DNA from: Paraspadella gotoi
Lineage: Eukaryota > Animalia > Chaetognatha
Direction: 5' to 3'
DNA length: 64,000 bases
Assembly: GCA_051294375.1 (NCBI GenBank)
Contig: CM119268.1
Location: 3,635,616-3,699,615 of the forward strand
Below the pieces are notes generated by a model that saw nothing but the letters and a program-made list of their open reading frames with translations, made no database searches and had not been told where the DNA came from. Both the position numbers and the translations under genes were made by a program. Positions 13,307 to 24,734 of this stretch are shown piece by piece (positions within the stretch are counted from its first letter, which is position 1; each line of letters starts with the position of its first letter).

Positions 13307-14035
13307 TAGACTAGCATCTTCCTCAAACTCGTTGTTATGCGTGAAGCCTCTCACTTTCTTTTCTTCATTTCGTATTTTCCTTTTTTTTTTCTTTTTCTTC
13401 TTCTTGTTTTAGTTTTAAATCTTTTTTTCTATTTTTTTTTTGTGACTGAAAGTTTTGTCTTTCTTCGCTTATTTTAAAATTAAAATTTCGACGTCGAATT
13501 CGATGTCATTCAGCAAAACGGAAAAGAAATTGGAAGTAACGGATTGAATTAATGATTGATTGATTGATTAAATGTATCTAATGAAAGATCGACTGTTTGA
13601 ATTTAACAGAGATTCACATCTAGCAGAATTTGTAGTCAAAAAATAAAAATTCACTTGTATTTCTATTTAAATCTCTAATTAAATACTTAACTAACCTCTG
13701 CATACGATGATTGTTTGATATTATGAAAGAAAGAGACAATGTTGATTGATATGAATGATGATAAGGACGAGAAAGGTCGACGAATGATTGAAGAGAAAAG
13801 AAATGAACGAAGTTACGAACGGAAATCGATAAGAAGCGAAGGAGAAAAAGAGAAACTGAAGATGAGAGACAATTGAGAAGGGAGGAAGGGGAAGAAAAAA
13901 GGAGGGGAGGAAAGGAGAGAAAAGAAAAAGAGGAAAGGAAGAGAAGGGAAAAGGACAACAGGAAAGGAGGGGATGAAAAGAGGAGAGGAAAGTGGAGGAA
14001 AAAAGAATAAGAAGCTAAGTGGGCTGAAGACGACT

Positions 14036-14217
14036 ATCCGTAACTTCTGTGCCCACTCAGCAGCATTGGAACGGGTCCTGGGCTTGGAACCAGGCTTGGG
14101 GGTTTTACAGGGTCCAAGGCCGTTCTCCTCCATACCCCAGGGTAAGTACCTGGTTAGGATTGAACACGGCACCTCGTAGTCATGAGCTGATGGCTTTACT
14201 CAATGAGCCACCGGGTA
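14036..14217 (-). mobile_element. tRNA-derived SINE-like element (degenerate tRNA head plus ~110-nt body)
   Basis: Head TACCCGGTGGCTCATTGAG...CTCATGA...GTTCAATCCTAACCAGGTA has an A-box-like motif, a B box (GTTCAATCC) and a TACCCGG/CCAGGTA acceptor stem. The body aligns with 8739-8894. Confidence 0.7.
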
Positions 14218-14809
14218 ACAACTGAAGGTGTCAGGTTTATAGGGGGGCTGAACTTAGACAATGACTGACTACAAAGGGAAGAAAGTAGAGGAGGAAATTA
14301 GAAAGGAGGGGGAGGAGGAAAGGAGAGAAAAGAAGTGGAGATAAGGAAAGGAGGAAAGTTGATAAAAAGGGAGAGGAGGAAAGGAGAGAAAAGAAGTGGA
14401 CAAAAGGAGTGGAGGAAAGTGAAGGAAAAGGGAGATGAGGAAAGAAAAAGGGGAATGAGAGGAAGGAAGGATAAGGAGAAAATTGGAGGAAAGAAATGAG
14501 AAAAGAAAAGGAAGGAATCGGAGAGGAAGGTCAGATGGAAGGAAGAAGAATAAAGTGGGACTGAAGGGCTCATTTGCGCAAGGAGACCAGGAAAGATGAA
14601 AGGACAAAACCCGCTAATGATCAAAGACGAACAAAAGAAAAAAAATGCGGAAACGAAACGAAGAAAAAACGAATGAATCGGAAGAGAAAAATGAATCGGA
14701 TTTTGTTTTTGTTTGTTCTTCTTTGTCTTTTTGAGAGAGAGAGAGAGAGAGAGGGAGAGAGAAAAGAAGAGAGAGAGAGAAAGAGAGGAGAGAGGAGGGA
14801 AGAGAGAGA

Positions 14810-14846
<37 letters not shown>

Positions 14847-14895
14847 GAAAGAGAGAGAGAGATAGAGAGATAGAGAAGAGAGAAGAGAGAGAGAT

Positions 14896-14954
<59 letters not shown>

Positions 14955-15345
14955 CAATGATCGATCGCTATCAAACTAAAGTTGTCTCGATTCTTTATTA
15001 TGTAGAGAAAAAAAAGACAATTTAATTTTGATCGTCAAACTTTTTAAAAAATAAAAACATTATTTTTTTTTTATTCCTTTGCTTTTAATTATGACCCATT
15101 TAATATATGATCGCATACTTCTCTGATTGTATTTATCGATGACGTATTTTACCGATTAAAACAATTATAATTTGACGTTATATTATATGCAGTCCTATGA
15201 TAGATGAATGACAAAACTCTTTTCCTCTCGCGCTCTCATTTAATTCCTGCATTTAATTGTCATTTTCTCTAATTATTTTGTTTTGTTTCCAGATCTAAAT
15301 TTAAAGAAAGAGACAAAGAAATAGATTTAGAGGTACTTGACAGAT

Positions 15346-15382
<37 letters not shown>

Positions 15383-16461
15383 AAAGAAAGATAAAAGAAG
15401 AAGAGAATCAATTGTTCAAATCGTATAAAATTCTCTTTCATTCTTTTGTCCTTTCTTTGTCACATAACTCCCGTCTCTGCCTTTTCTCTTTGTCCTCTGT
15501 GCGTCCCATAACTCTATTTTCCTTTGTCCCCGAAACTTTTTCCTTTCTTTTCCTTTCTTTTCCTTTCTTTACTTTTCCTTTATTTTCCTTTTCCTTCACA
15601 TTTTATGTTTCTTCCAATCTGGTTTCTCAGAGAGGAGGAAAAAAAATCATTACATTTTGGCAATGATAAATGAAAATAGAAAAACTTGATATATAACAAA
15701 GTTTAATAAATTAGCTGATGTCAGTGAACTTGAAGTTAGAGTTAAAGTTAATAGTGAAATTGAAATAAAAGAATAAGCGGTGAGTGATAGATAAAGTGAG
15801 AGTAAGTGATAATAAGTAAAGAAAAGAAACTTCCACGTGAAATGGAACGATCCCTGTCGAGTGTGCAACTCTTTCTGTAAATCTGTCGGTCTCCCCATTT
15901 CTTAGTCTGTCTATCGTCTGTATTTTCCTACTGAGGTTAGTCAATCCTACAAGCCTCTCTGCCTGTCCGTCTGTATGTCTGTTTGTCTCTTTCTCTGTCT
16001 CTGAGATGATAGTTTGAAAGGGAAAAAAATGNNNNNNNNNNNNNNNNNNNNNNNNNNNNNNNNNNNNNNNNNNNNNNNNNNNNNNNNNNNNNNNNNNNNN
16101 NNNNNNNNNNNNNNNNNNNNNNNNNNNNNNNNNNNNNNNNNNNNNNNNNNNNNNNNNNNNNNNNNNNNNNNNNNNNNNNNNNNNNNNNNNNNNNNNNNNN
16201 NNNNNNNNNNNNNNNNNNNNNNNNNNNNCGGAGAGAGAACTAGAGAGAGAGCAGAGATAAGACGACCGAGCACAGAGAGAGGAGAGGAGGGGATAGAGAG
16301 AGAGAGAGGAGAATGAGCATGAAGGCTGAAAAGAGGTAGAGAGAGAGAGAGGAGAGAGAAGCGGAAGGAGAAAAGAGAGAAGACGTTTCCTTACCCTAAT
16401 CATCCCCTTTTTCTCCCATTCCTCACCCACGACACCCACCCATATCCAGCCTCGCCCTTAC

Positions 16462-17709
16462 CTTCTTCCTTTGGCCGCCTGATTCCACTCTCGATTTACC
16501 CCATTATCTCCTCCATTTGCTTCGTCGTCGTCGTCGTCGTCGTCGTCGTTGATTCCATCGTTTGTCGTCGTCGTCGTCGTCGTCTTTTGTTTTTCCATTT
16601 GTCGTCGTCGTCTTCGTCCGAGAATCGAGTCTTTTTCTTCGATCGAAACGAAAACGAGATTTTCTCCGTCGACGTCGCTCGTTTGCTGCTGCGTTCGCCG
16701 CCGATGCTGTTGCTCCTGCGGCCCCTGCCGCTGCTGAGAACGAGGCCGTTGAGCCTCCCGCCTCTTGCTATGCTGCCGCGGCGCGCTACTATCGCCTTGG
16801 GCGTCCTCTCTCTTAATTTTCGACTCCTTACCCCGATCCTCACTCATCACTTCCCCTTCCGTCCGCCGCCGCCGCTCATCTACGGCCGCCGCCGCCGCAG
16901 CTGCCGCGTTGCTTTGAAAGGCGAGGAGAGAGAGAAGGAAGAAGAAGGAGAAGAGGAGATCAGCCTGACCGACGGAGGAAGAGACTGACTCCACGTGGAC
17001 CGGGTGGAGGAGGAAGAGGAGAGAGGAAAAGAGAACGAGGGTGGAGGAAGAGGGGGAGGAAGAGGGAGAGAGGGAGGAAGGGAGAAGGGCCTGAGGAGTG
17101 GGAGAGGATGAAGATCGAGTCCTCTTCGTTGACGATGACGCCTCCGCCGAAGCCACGCCCACTTTTAACTGTTTCCGGTTTGATGAAACGTCTTCGTCGT
17201 CGTCGTCGTCGTCGTCGTCGTCTTCTTCAAATGTCTTTCGTCGACGCAAACAATTTCCCGATTCAGTTGCGTCAATCGAAAAGGATCCCTCGTCAGCCCA
17301 AACGGCACGCCCCATCGCAGCCCCGACGTCTTCTCCTTTAGCCGCGAGACAAATCGAATCTGCTTCCGAAAATATTTGAGACGCGGAATCGTCGCTATGG
17401 CGACGGAGGGGACTTTGTATAGAGGGGTCGGGATGGTGTTGGAGCTGGAGCTGGAGCTGGAGCTGTTTACTTTGAAGAGGCACTGCAAAGTCAGAGGACG
17501 AGGAGTAAGAAGAAGATGCGGAAGGAGAGGAAAGAAATAAAGAAGATTCTCCTGCTTTGTTTTTCTTATCTCCTTCGGATTTAAAGATTTCGATTTCTTT
17601 TGTCGGCCGAACGGATTTTGTCGGTCGAGCGGGATTCGTCGGTCTGTCGGTCCCCGTCCGGACGATTTCCTCGGCGGCGTCGGAGGATGAAGTATGACGT
17701 CCGGACTGG

Positions 17710-17748
<39 letters not shown>

Positions 17749-19084
17749 GCCGGCGATTTCCGCAGCGCTCGCCCTCCAAACTGGCTTCCCTCTTTTCCCC
17801 GGCGAATTTGACGAGTCCCCGCGGACTCTAACTCTGGCGGTCGACGGAGGAGATGGGAAACGCGTTGTTGTTGTTGTTGGCGTGGGTGTTTGTGTTCTTT
17901 TCCCGCTCGTCGTCGTTGTTGTTGTTGTGGTTGAAAGGATCGGCGCGGATCGGAGACTAGAAACAAAATGTTTTCTCTCACTTCACGGGATCCGTGAGTG
18001 GACCTCGACCTCTCACCATTTTCCTCACCTCCTCCTCCTCCTCCTCCTCCTCCTTCTCTTCCTCCCACGCCTCTTCTTTTGTTGTTGTTTTCGTCCTTGT
18101 TCGTCGAACGGTCGTTCTCATCGTCGTCGTCGTCGTCGTCGTCGTCGTCGGCGATGCTCTTTTCTTTTTTCCCAAATTCCGATTCAATTTCTGCGTCAGC
18201 GACCTCTACTCCTCGAGGCTTTTGTTTACTGCCAGCCTCGTTCTCGTTCCTCCCATCTTTCGTCTCCCTTTCCTCCTCTCCTTCTTTTCTCTTCTCCTTC
18301 TCTCCTTCTTTTCTCTCCTCCTTTTCTTCTTCTTTCCTTTCCTCCCCGCCTCCTTTTTCGGTTCCGGTTTTTCTCTTGTCTTTCCTTTTTTCCATTATTT
18401 TTACATTTTCGTTCGTCTCTGGGAGACGCGGTTCTTTCTCAATGTCTCCTCCTCCTCCTCCTCCTCCTCCTCCTCCTCGTCCTTGAGAAAAGACTTCGCA
18501 GAATCCAGCATCATCGTCTTCGTCGTCGCCTTTTTCGTCGCCATCTTGAAAATTCGCCCTCACATCCTCGCTTTCACTTTCACCTCTCACCCTTATTTCC
18601 CTTTCACCCTTCGCCACCTCCTCCCACTCTTCCTCTTCCTCCTCTCGACCGCCGGAGATCCGCAACGAGTCAACGTCCTCTCCGGCGTCCTCCGTTCGGC
18701 CACGCCCACTTCCGGAAAGAGGAGGCGCGTTGACGAGACCTTCGACCTCGGTAAGGGAGGCGGAGGCGTTGGCGGAGGTGAGGGCGATGAAGCGACGGGC
18801 GAGAGTGGACGAAGTGTCGGTGCTGTCGCCGGTGCGGTCGCCGGTGCGGTCGCCGGTGCGGTCGCCGGTGCGGTCGCCAAAAATCGTCTTCCGTCCCGTC
18901 GAAACCGAGTCGCAGCGGAATAACCTCTCGAAATTTCCAGGTTCCCCGGATTTAATTGGTTTCGACGGAAAAGAGGAAGAAAGTCCGGATGTAACCGAGT
19001 TGACAGAACCGGAAGTGAGGGCGTCGGCGTCTTTGAGGCGACTTTGAGTCTTTCGGCGTTCTCCTCGTAAAAACATTGACGTCA
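16462..19084 (-). CDS. TMTC: TMTC giant exon (2,623 nt) with the TM3-TM4 motif embedded in low-complexity sequence
   Basis: Acceptor tttctccttcatccag|TG (phase 1); donor AG|gtaagg (phase 2); stop-free over 873 codons. Contains SLLFLLHPVHVESVSSSVGQADLLFSFFFLLSLLAF, matching TMTC 'LFAxHPIHTEAVxxxVGRAD/ExxxxFFLLS'. Confidence 0.88.
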
Positions 19085-20025
19085 CTGGATGAAGGAGAAA
19101 GAAAAGGAAAAAGGGAGAAAATGGGAGACAGGGGTGTGAATGCGGTCGGGGAGACGAGTAGAATATGTAAAAGGAAGGAAAAGATGAAATGGAGGAAGAA
19201 AGTTGAAGCAGAAGTGAGAGAGAGAAAATGGAGAGGAAAGAGTGGAAAAGAAAAAAAATACGGGAGAGAAAATGATAAGGGAAAAATAAAAAAAAAAACA
19301 TTTAATAATAAATGAGAGAATTAATATAAAAAAGTGACATTTTGTATTGAATGGGAAAGAGAATGAAGAGAGAAAAGAGAAAAAAATATAACAACTTGAA
19401 AAAATTGGAAGGTTAAAAAGGAGAGAAAAAGGTAAAAGGAGAAAGTCAGAAGAGAAGCAGATTAGAAAAGTAAGGCGACTCGAAAAGGGCAAAAGGTTGA
19501 AACCAAGAAAAACTTGGTTAGACTTAAAATACATTAGCTCTTTGCAAGAAAATGAGTTTAGTTTCATTACTATTCGCTTGTTCTTTAACATTTGATTATT
19601 TATTTTAGATTCTAAGAGTTAGTATTTCGATTACTGAACTGTTTTGCATATCAGTTAAAAAAAACAAACTGGGTNNNNNNNNNNNNNNNNNNNNNNNNNN
19701 NNNNNNNNNNNNNNNNNNNNNNNNNNNNNNNNNNNNNNNNNNNNNNNNNNNNNNNNNNNNNNNNNNNNNNNNNNNNNNNNNNNNNNNNNNNNNNNNNNNN
19801 NNNNNNNNNNNNNNNNNNNNNNNNNNNNNNNNNNNNNNNNNNNNNNNNNNNNNNNNNNNNNNNNNNNNNNNNNNNNNNNGAGAGAGAGAGAGAGAGAGAG
19901 AGAAACTGTTTCTTTTTTTACTTCTTTTCCTCCTTAATTTCGATTTAATGAAGCGAAAAGAAACCTTGATGCGACAACCAATCAGATCACGAATTCTTCT
20001 GACCAATCGGCGATTAGGTACTTAC

Positions 20026-20124
20026 CTTTGGCAAAGAGTAGAGTGACTGAGGCGTGAGCGACGAGACTTACGACGTTAAAGATCGGACTCTTGGCGGAGG
20101 CGGAGCCAATGAGGCACTGAAGTC
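20026..20124 (-). CDS. TMTC: TMTC exon (TM2), 5' end hidden in the N gap; absent from the ORF track
   Basis: Manual translation gives (R)LQCLIGSASAKSPIFNVVSLVAHASVTLLFAK, which aligns with TMTC 'RLN..GGL.P..YHLVNVLLHAAVTGLF'. Donor G|gtaagt (phase 1) fits the next exon (G|TG = Val). Confidence 0.8.
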
Positions 20125-20535
20125 NNNNNNNNNNNNNNNNNNNNNNNNNNNNNNNNNNNNNNNNNNNNNNNNNNNNNNNNNNNNNNNNNNNNNNNNNNNN
20201 NNNNNNNNNNNNNNNNNNNNNNNNNNNNNNNNNNNNNNNNNNNNNNNNNNNNNNNNNNNNNNNNNNNNNNNNNNNNNNNNNNNNNNNNNNNNNNNNNNNN
20301 NNNNNNNNNNNNNNNNNNNNNNNNNNNNNNNNNNNNNNNNNNNNNNNNNNGAGAAAACATTTGAATTTTTGAATTTTTACTTAAATAAACACAAATAAGT
20401 ATTGCACTATAAAGTTTTGAGTAATAATCTAAAAATGCAAAAAAATACTATTAAAAAAACTTGCGAAAGGCCATTTCGCAATAAAAGTTGCGTTCTAACT
20501 TTTTTTAAATTAACATGAGCTATGTGGAACAGGTA

Positions 20536-20625
20536 CCCTCGATAGCTCAGTTGGTAGAGCGGAGGACTGTAGTGGCAATTTCTCTGGGTATCCTTAGGTC
20601 GCTGGTTCGAATCCGGCTCGAGGGA
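20536..20625 (+). tRNA. tRNA-Tyr: tRNA-Tyr(GTA) with a 17-nt intron (20573-20589)
   Basis: CCCTCGATAGCTCAGTTGGTAGAGCGGAGGACTGTAG-[tggcaatttctctgggt]-ATCCTTAGGTCGCTGGTTCGAATCCGGCTCGAGGGA: canonical metazoan tRNA-Tyr with the intron at 37/38, a paired acceptor stem, and TTTT at 20631-20634. Confidence 0.97.
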
Positions 20626-21076
20626 CCATCTTTTGNNNNNNNNNNNNNNNNNNNNNNNNNTAGAGAGGATTCAAAAAGAGAGCCACATCCAACAAGAAGA
20701 AAGAAAAAAGAAGATCAACCTTATTAATCTTTTGCTTCGAAAAAACTTTTCGAATATTCGAGAGAGAGAGAGAGAGAGAGAGAGCAGTGAAAGTGAGGCG
20801 ATAGAGAGAGAGAGAGAGAGAGAGAGAGAAGAAAAGAAAAAAAAGGAAGAAGAGAGAGGAAAGAAGAGAAGAAAAAAAAAGTGAGACAGATAGAGAAGAA
20901 GAGAGTGGTGAGAAGAGAGAGAGAGAAAAATAACTTTTCTCTACATTATGTTATCTTTTCGACGTGCATAGCGCTATAAGTTATATACACAAACACTCAA
21001 ATTATTAGAGAATTTTCCATCAGTGTTTGTCTCGTCTCTCTCCTCTCTCTCTCTCTCTCGTCTACTCATCTCTCCG

Positions 21077-21111
<35 letters not shown>

Positions 21112-21856
21112 TCTCAACGAATCCCGCTCTCATCCACCGAATCCTCCTCTCTCATCCGTCTTCTCTCTCTCAGACTCAGCGGACTATTGGAATTAAATTT
21201 CAAATCAACAGCTGGCACTTTTTCCAGAGTAGCGAAACCGGAACGAAAATTGAGAAGAACAAATTATGAGTTGAAAAAAAAAAGAATACTGGAAGAAGTT
21301 TCTTTGATTCCGACTTTGAGCAGATTGTTGTGAGTGGGCGTAACGCTTTTGACTTTAGTTAATTTATATAATAAGATACGTTTTAATTTTGAATAACGAT
21401 TTTATTATAGAAATGAGGTTGTTGTAAACCGTAGAATGAACACAAATGATAAAAAAAGTATTACGTATTATTGGTTTCCCTTTCGCTTTTATTTTTAAAA
21501 AAAAATTTTATTAACTTTATTTTCATTCGTCCGTCGCAGTTTTGTTGAAAAATTTAATATTACGTCAAAATTTTTTGAAAAAGACAACGTTGTTATCTCA
21601 TTTCCTCTTTTCGAGAAGAACTCTTGTATAATCAAATATTTTTTCATAAAAGCTTTTTTGTATGCATAATTGAAAGAATTGAATTAATTATACCTACAAG
21701 AAAAATAGAGAGAAAAAAATCAAACAACCCCGTGATAAAATGAAATATTTAACGACTAAATGAAAAGAAAAATTAAACCCCTTAATAAACAGCTCCTGAT
21801 ATAATTATCTTTAATTTTCAGGCTCGTTGTGGCGGCAGTGGGACTTAACGACGCAT

Positions 21857-21969
<113 letters not shown>

Positions 21970-22144
21970 GCGTTCTGAGAGGAGATTTGAATAAATTAGT
22001 GATTTTTGCCGATGGCGGCGTAATGTGTGGAGGAAGGAGAGAGAAAAATGGCGAAGAAAAAAGTGGAGGAAAAGGAAAAAAGAGGTTAACGAGAAGAAAA
22101 GAGAAAATAAAATGGAGATAAAGAAAAGGAAAGGAGAAAGAAGA

Positions 22145-22455
22145 GACAGCAGGAGAGAAGGATAAAAGAGAAAGAGAAGGAGAGAAGAATAAAACAGAAA
22201 GAAAAGGAGAAGGATAAAAGAGAAAGAGAAGGAGAGAAGAATAAAACAGAAAGAGAAGGAGAGAAGGATAAAACAGAAAGAAAAGAGAGAAGAATAAAAC
22301 AGAAAGAGAAGGAGAAAGATAAAACAGAAAGAGAAGGCGAGAAGGAGAAAACAGAAAGAGAAGGAGAGAAGGATAAAACAGAAAGAAAAAGAGAGATGGA
22401 TAAAACAGAAAGAAAAGGAGAGAAGAATAATACAGAAAGAGAAGGAGAGAATAAA
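22145..22455. repeat. ~27-bp purine-rich minisatellite
   Basis: Repeated GAAGGAGAGAAGRATAAAACAGAAAGA. Confidence 0.8.
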
Positions 22456-22845
22456 ATCACATGAATTAATTCACCAGCGTGAATCTCGATTATGACTCGT
22501 CGTGGTTTATGAAGGCAAGTCAGTTCACACGAGTGAGAGAAAAAAAATAACTGCGAAAAAAATGCAAACGAATTTCAAAAGACGTCACGGGGAAAATAAT
22601 TCGGGTGATAAAATGATTACCTATCATTGTTAACTTTCTTATCCCTCTCTTTTCTCTCTCTTCTCTCTCGTCTCTCTCTCTCTCTTCTTTTCTCTCCTCT
22701 TCTCTCTCTCTTCTTCTCTCTTCTTCTCTTGCTCTCTCTGCTCTCTGCTCTCATATATACGGCCTCATTAACTGTTACATTGTTACTGTGTTGTTAAAAC
22801 ATTTCACAAATCAAAATCAATCACTCTCTTTTCTCTCTCTCTCTC

Positions 22846-22899
<54 letters not shown>

Positions 22900-24653
22900 C
22901 AAAACACTGTGAAACTTCGAATCTTTTAGTAACTGAAAAGAGAAAAGAAAGTAAAAAAAAAGGAAAACAGTCCAGCTTTGATCCATACCGTCGCGCAAGA
23001 AATAACGAAAAAATCGAAAGGGAAAGAAAGACGAGAGAAAGACTCGATTTGAAAACACAAAGGGGATAAATCGAAAATAAGAAATTTCAATAAGAATTTG
23101 TGATTCGTTCGAATAGTCCCGGCAAATGTATGTTGTGTATTACTTCCCCCTCTTCTACGGTGCCACAACCCCCCTTCCACAATCCACAACCCCCATCCAC
23201 AATCCACCAACCCCCGCTTTCCACAATGCCATGAGCCCCTAACTTACGTCCACATCCTCCAACGGACTAAAAAAAAAATGAAAATGGATTTTCATGTATC
23301 CGAAAGATAGTAGAAAGACGAGAGAAGAGAGAGAGTAGAGAGAGAGATAAGGAAAGTNNNNNNNNNNNNNNNNNNNNNNNNNAGAGGGAAGTAATAACAA
23401 ATCATTCGACTTTCGACGACAAATTCTTATTGATTTTTATTTTCGTTTCCCTTTTGTTTTCATCGAANNNNNNNNNNNNNNNNNNNNNNNNNNNNNNNNN
23501 NNNNNNNNNNNNNNNNNNNNNNNNNNNNNNNNNNNNNNNNNNNNNNNNNNNNNNNNNNNNNNNNNNNNNNNNNNNNNNNNNNNNNNNNNNNNNNNNNNNN
23601 NNNNNNNNNNNNNNNNNNNNNNNNNNNNNNNNNNNNNNNNNNNNNNNNNNNNNNNNNNNNNNNNNNNNNNNNNNNNNNNNNNNNNNNNNNNNNNNNNNNN
23701 NNNNNNNNNNNNNNNNNNNNNNNNNNNNNNNNNNNNNNNNNNNNNNNNNNNNNNNNNNNNNNNNNNNNNNNNNNNNNNNNNNNNNNNNNNNNNNNNNNNN
23801 NNNNNNNNNNNNNNNNNNNNNNNNNNNNNNNNNNNNNNNNNNNNNNNNNNNNNNNNNNNNNNNNNNNNNNNNNNNNNNNNNNNNNNNNNNNNNNNNNNNN
23901 NNNNNNNNNNNNNNNNNNNNNNNNNNNNNNNNNNNNNNNNNNNNNNNNNNNNNNNNNNNNNNNNNNNNNNNNNNNNNNNNNNNNNNNNNNNNNNNNNNNN
24001 NNNNNNNNNNNNNNNNNNNNNNNNNNNNNNNNNNNNNNNNNNNNNNNNNNNNNNNNNNNNNNNNNNNNNNNNNNNNNNNNNNNNNNNNNNNNNNNNNNNN
24101 NNNNNNNNNNNNNNNNNNNNNNNNNNNNNNNNNNNNNNNNNNNNNNNNNNNNNNNNNNNNNNNNNNNNNNNNNNNNNNNNNNNNNNNNNNNNNNNNNNNN
24201 NNNNNNNNNNNNNNNNNNNNNNNNNNNNNNNNNNNNNNNNNNNNNNNNNNNNNNNNNNNNNNNNNNNNNNNNNNNNNNNNNNNNNNNNNNNNNNNNNNNN
24301 NNNNNNNNNNNNNNNNNNNNNNNNNNNNNNNNNNNNNNNNNNNNNNNNNNNNNNNNNNNNNNNNNNNNNNNNNNNNNNNNNNTTTTATGGTCGACGTAAC
24401 TTATTAGAGTTTTTAGCGTCAATATCTTTCGGCTCCAGTCAGGCGTATAGAGTTATATGTCAGATGCCAGGCGCCATTTGTCAGACTTTCACGGTTCAGG
24501 CGTTAACCATCAGGCGTGGCGCGACAGGCATCAACAGAGGTCAGCGCCTGTCACTCAGTTTTACTCGCGTCAGAAAAATTTTCAATAACCAAAAAAAAAC
24601 AAACTCTTAATGGATTTTTTTTCCGCTTTTGACTTTTCTCTCTTTTTTTAACA

Positions 24654-24734
<81 letters not shown>

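Noticed and set aside
14135-14149. TACTTACCCTGGGG resembling the U1 snRNA 5' end
   Set aside because: No further U1 sequence or Sm site follows; it lies within the SINE body.
17600-18923. Long plus-strand ORFs (377, 309 and 162 aa) overlapping the giant exon
   Set aside because: Antisense shadows of low-complexity coding sequence; no domain or splice support.
19085-19301. Hydrophobic N-terminus of the 947-aa ORF as a signal or TM region
   Set aside because: It is the intronic polypyrimidine tract upstream of the acceptor at 19085; the exon begins at 19084.
23430-24422. ~320-aa ORFs
   Set aside because: Almost entirely N gap.
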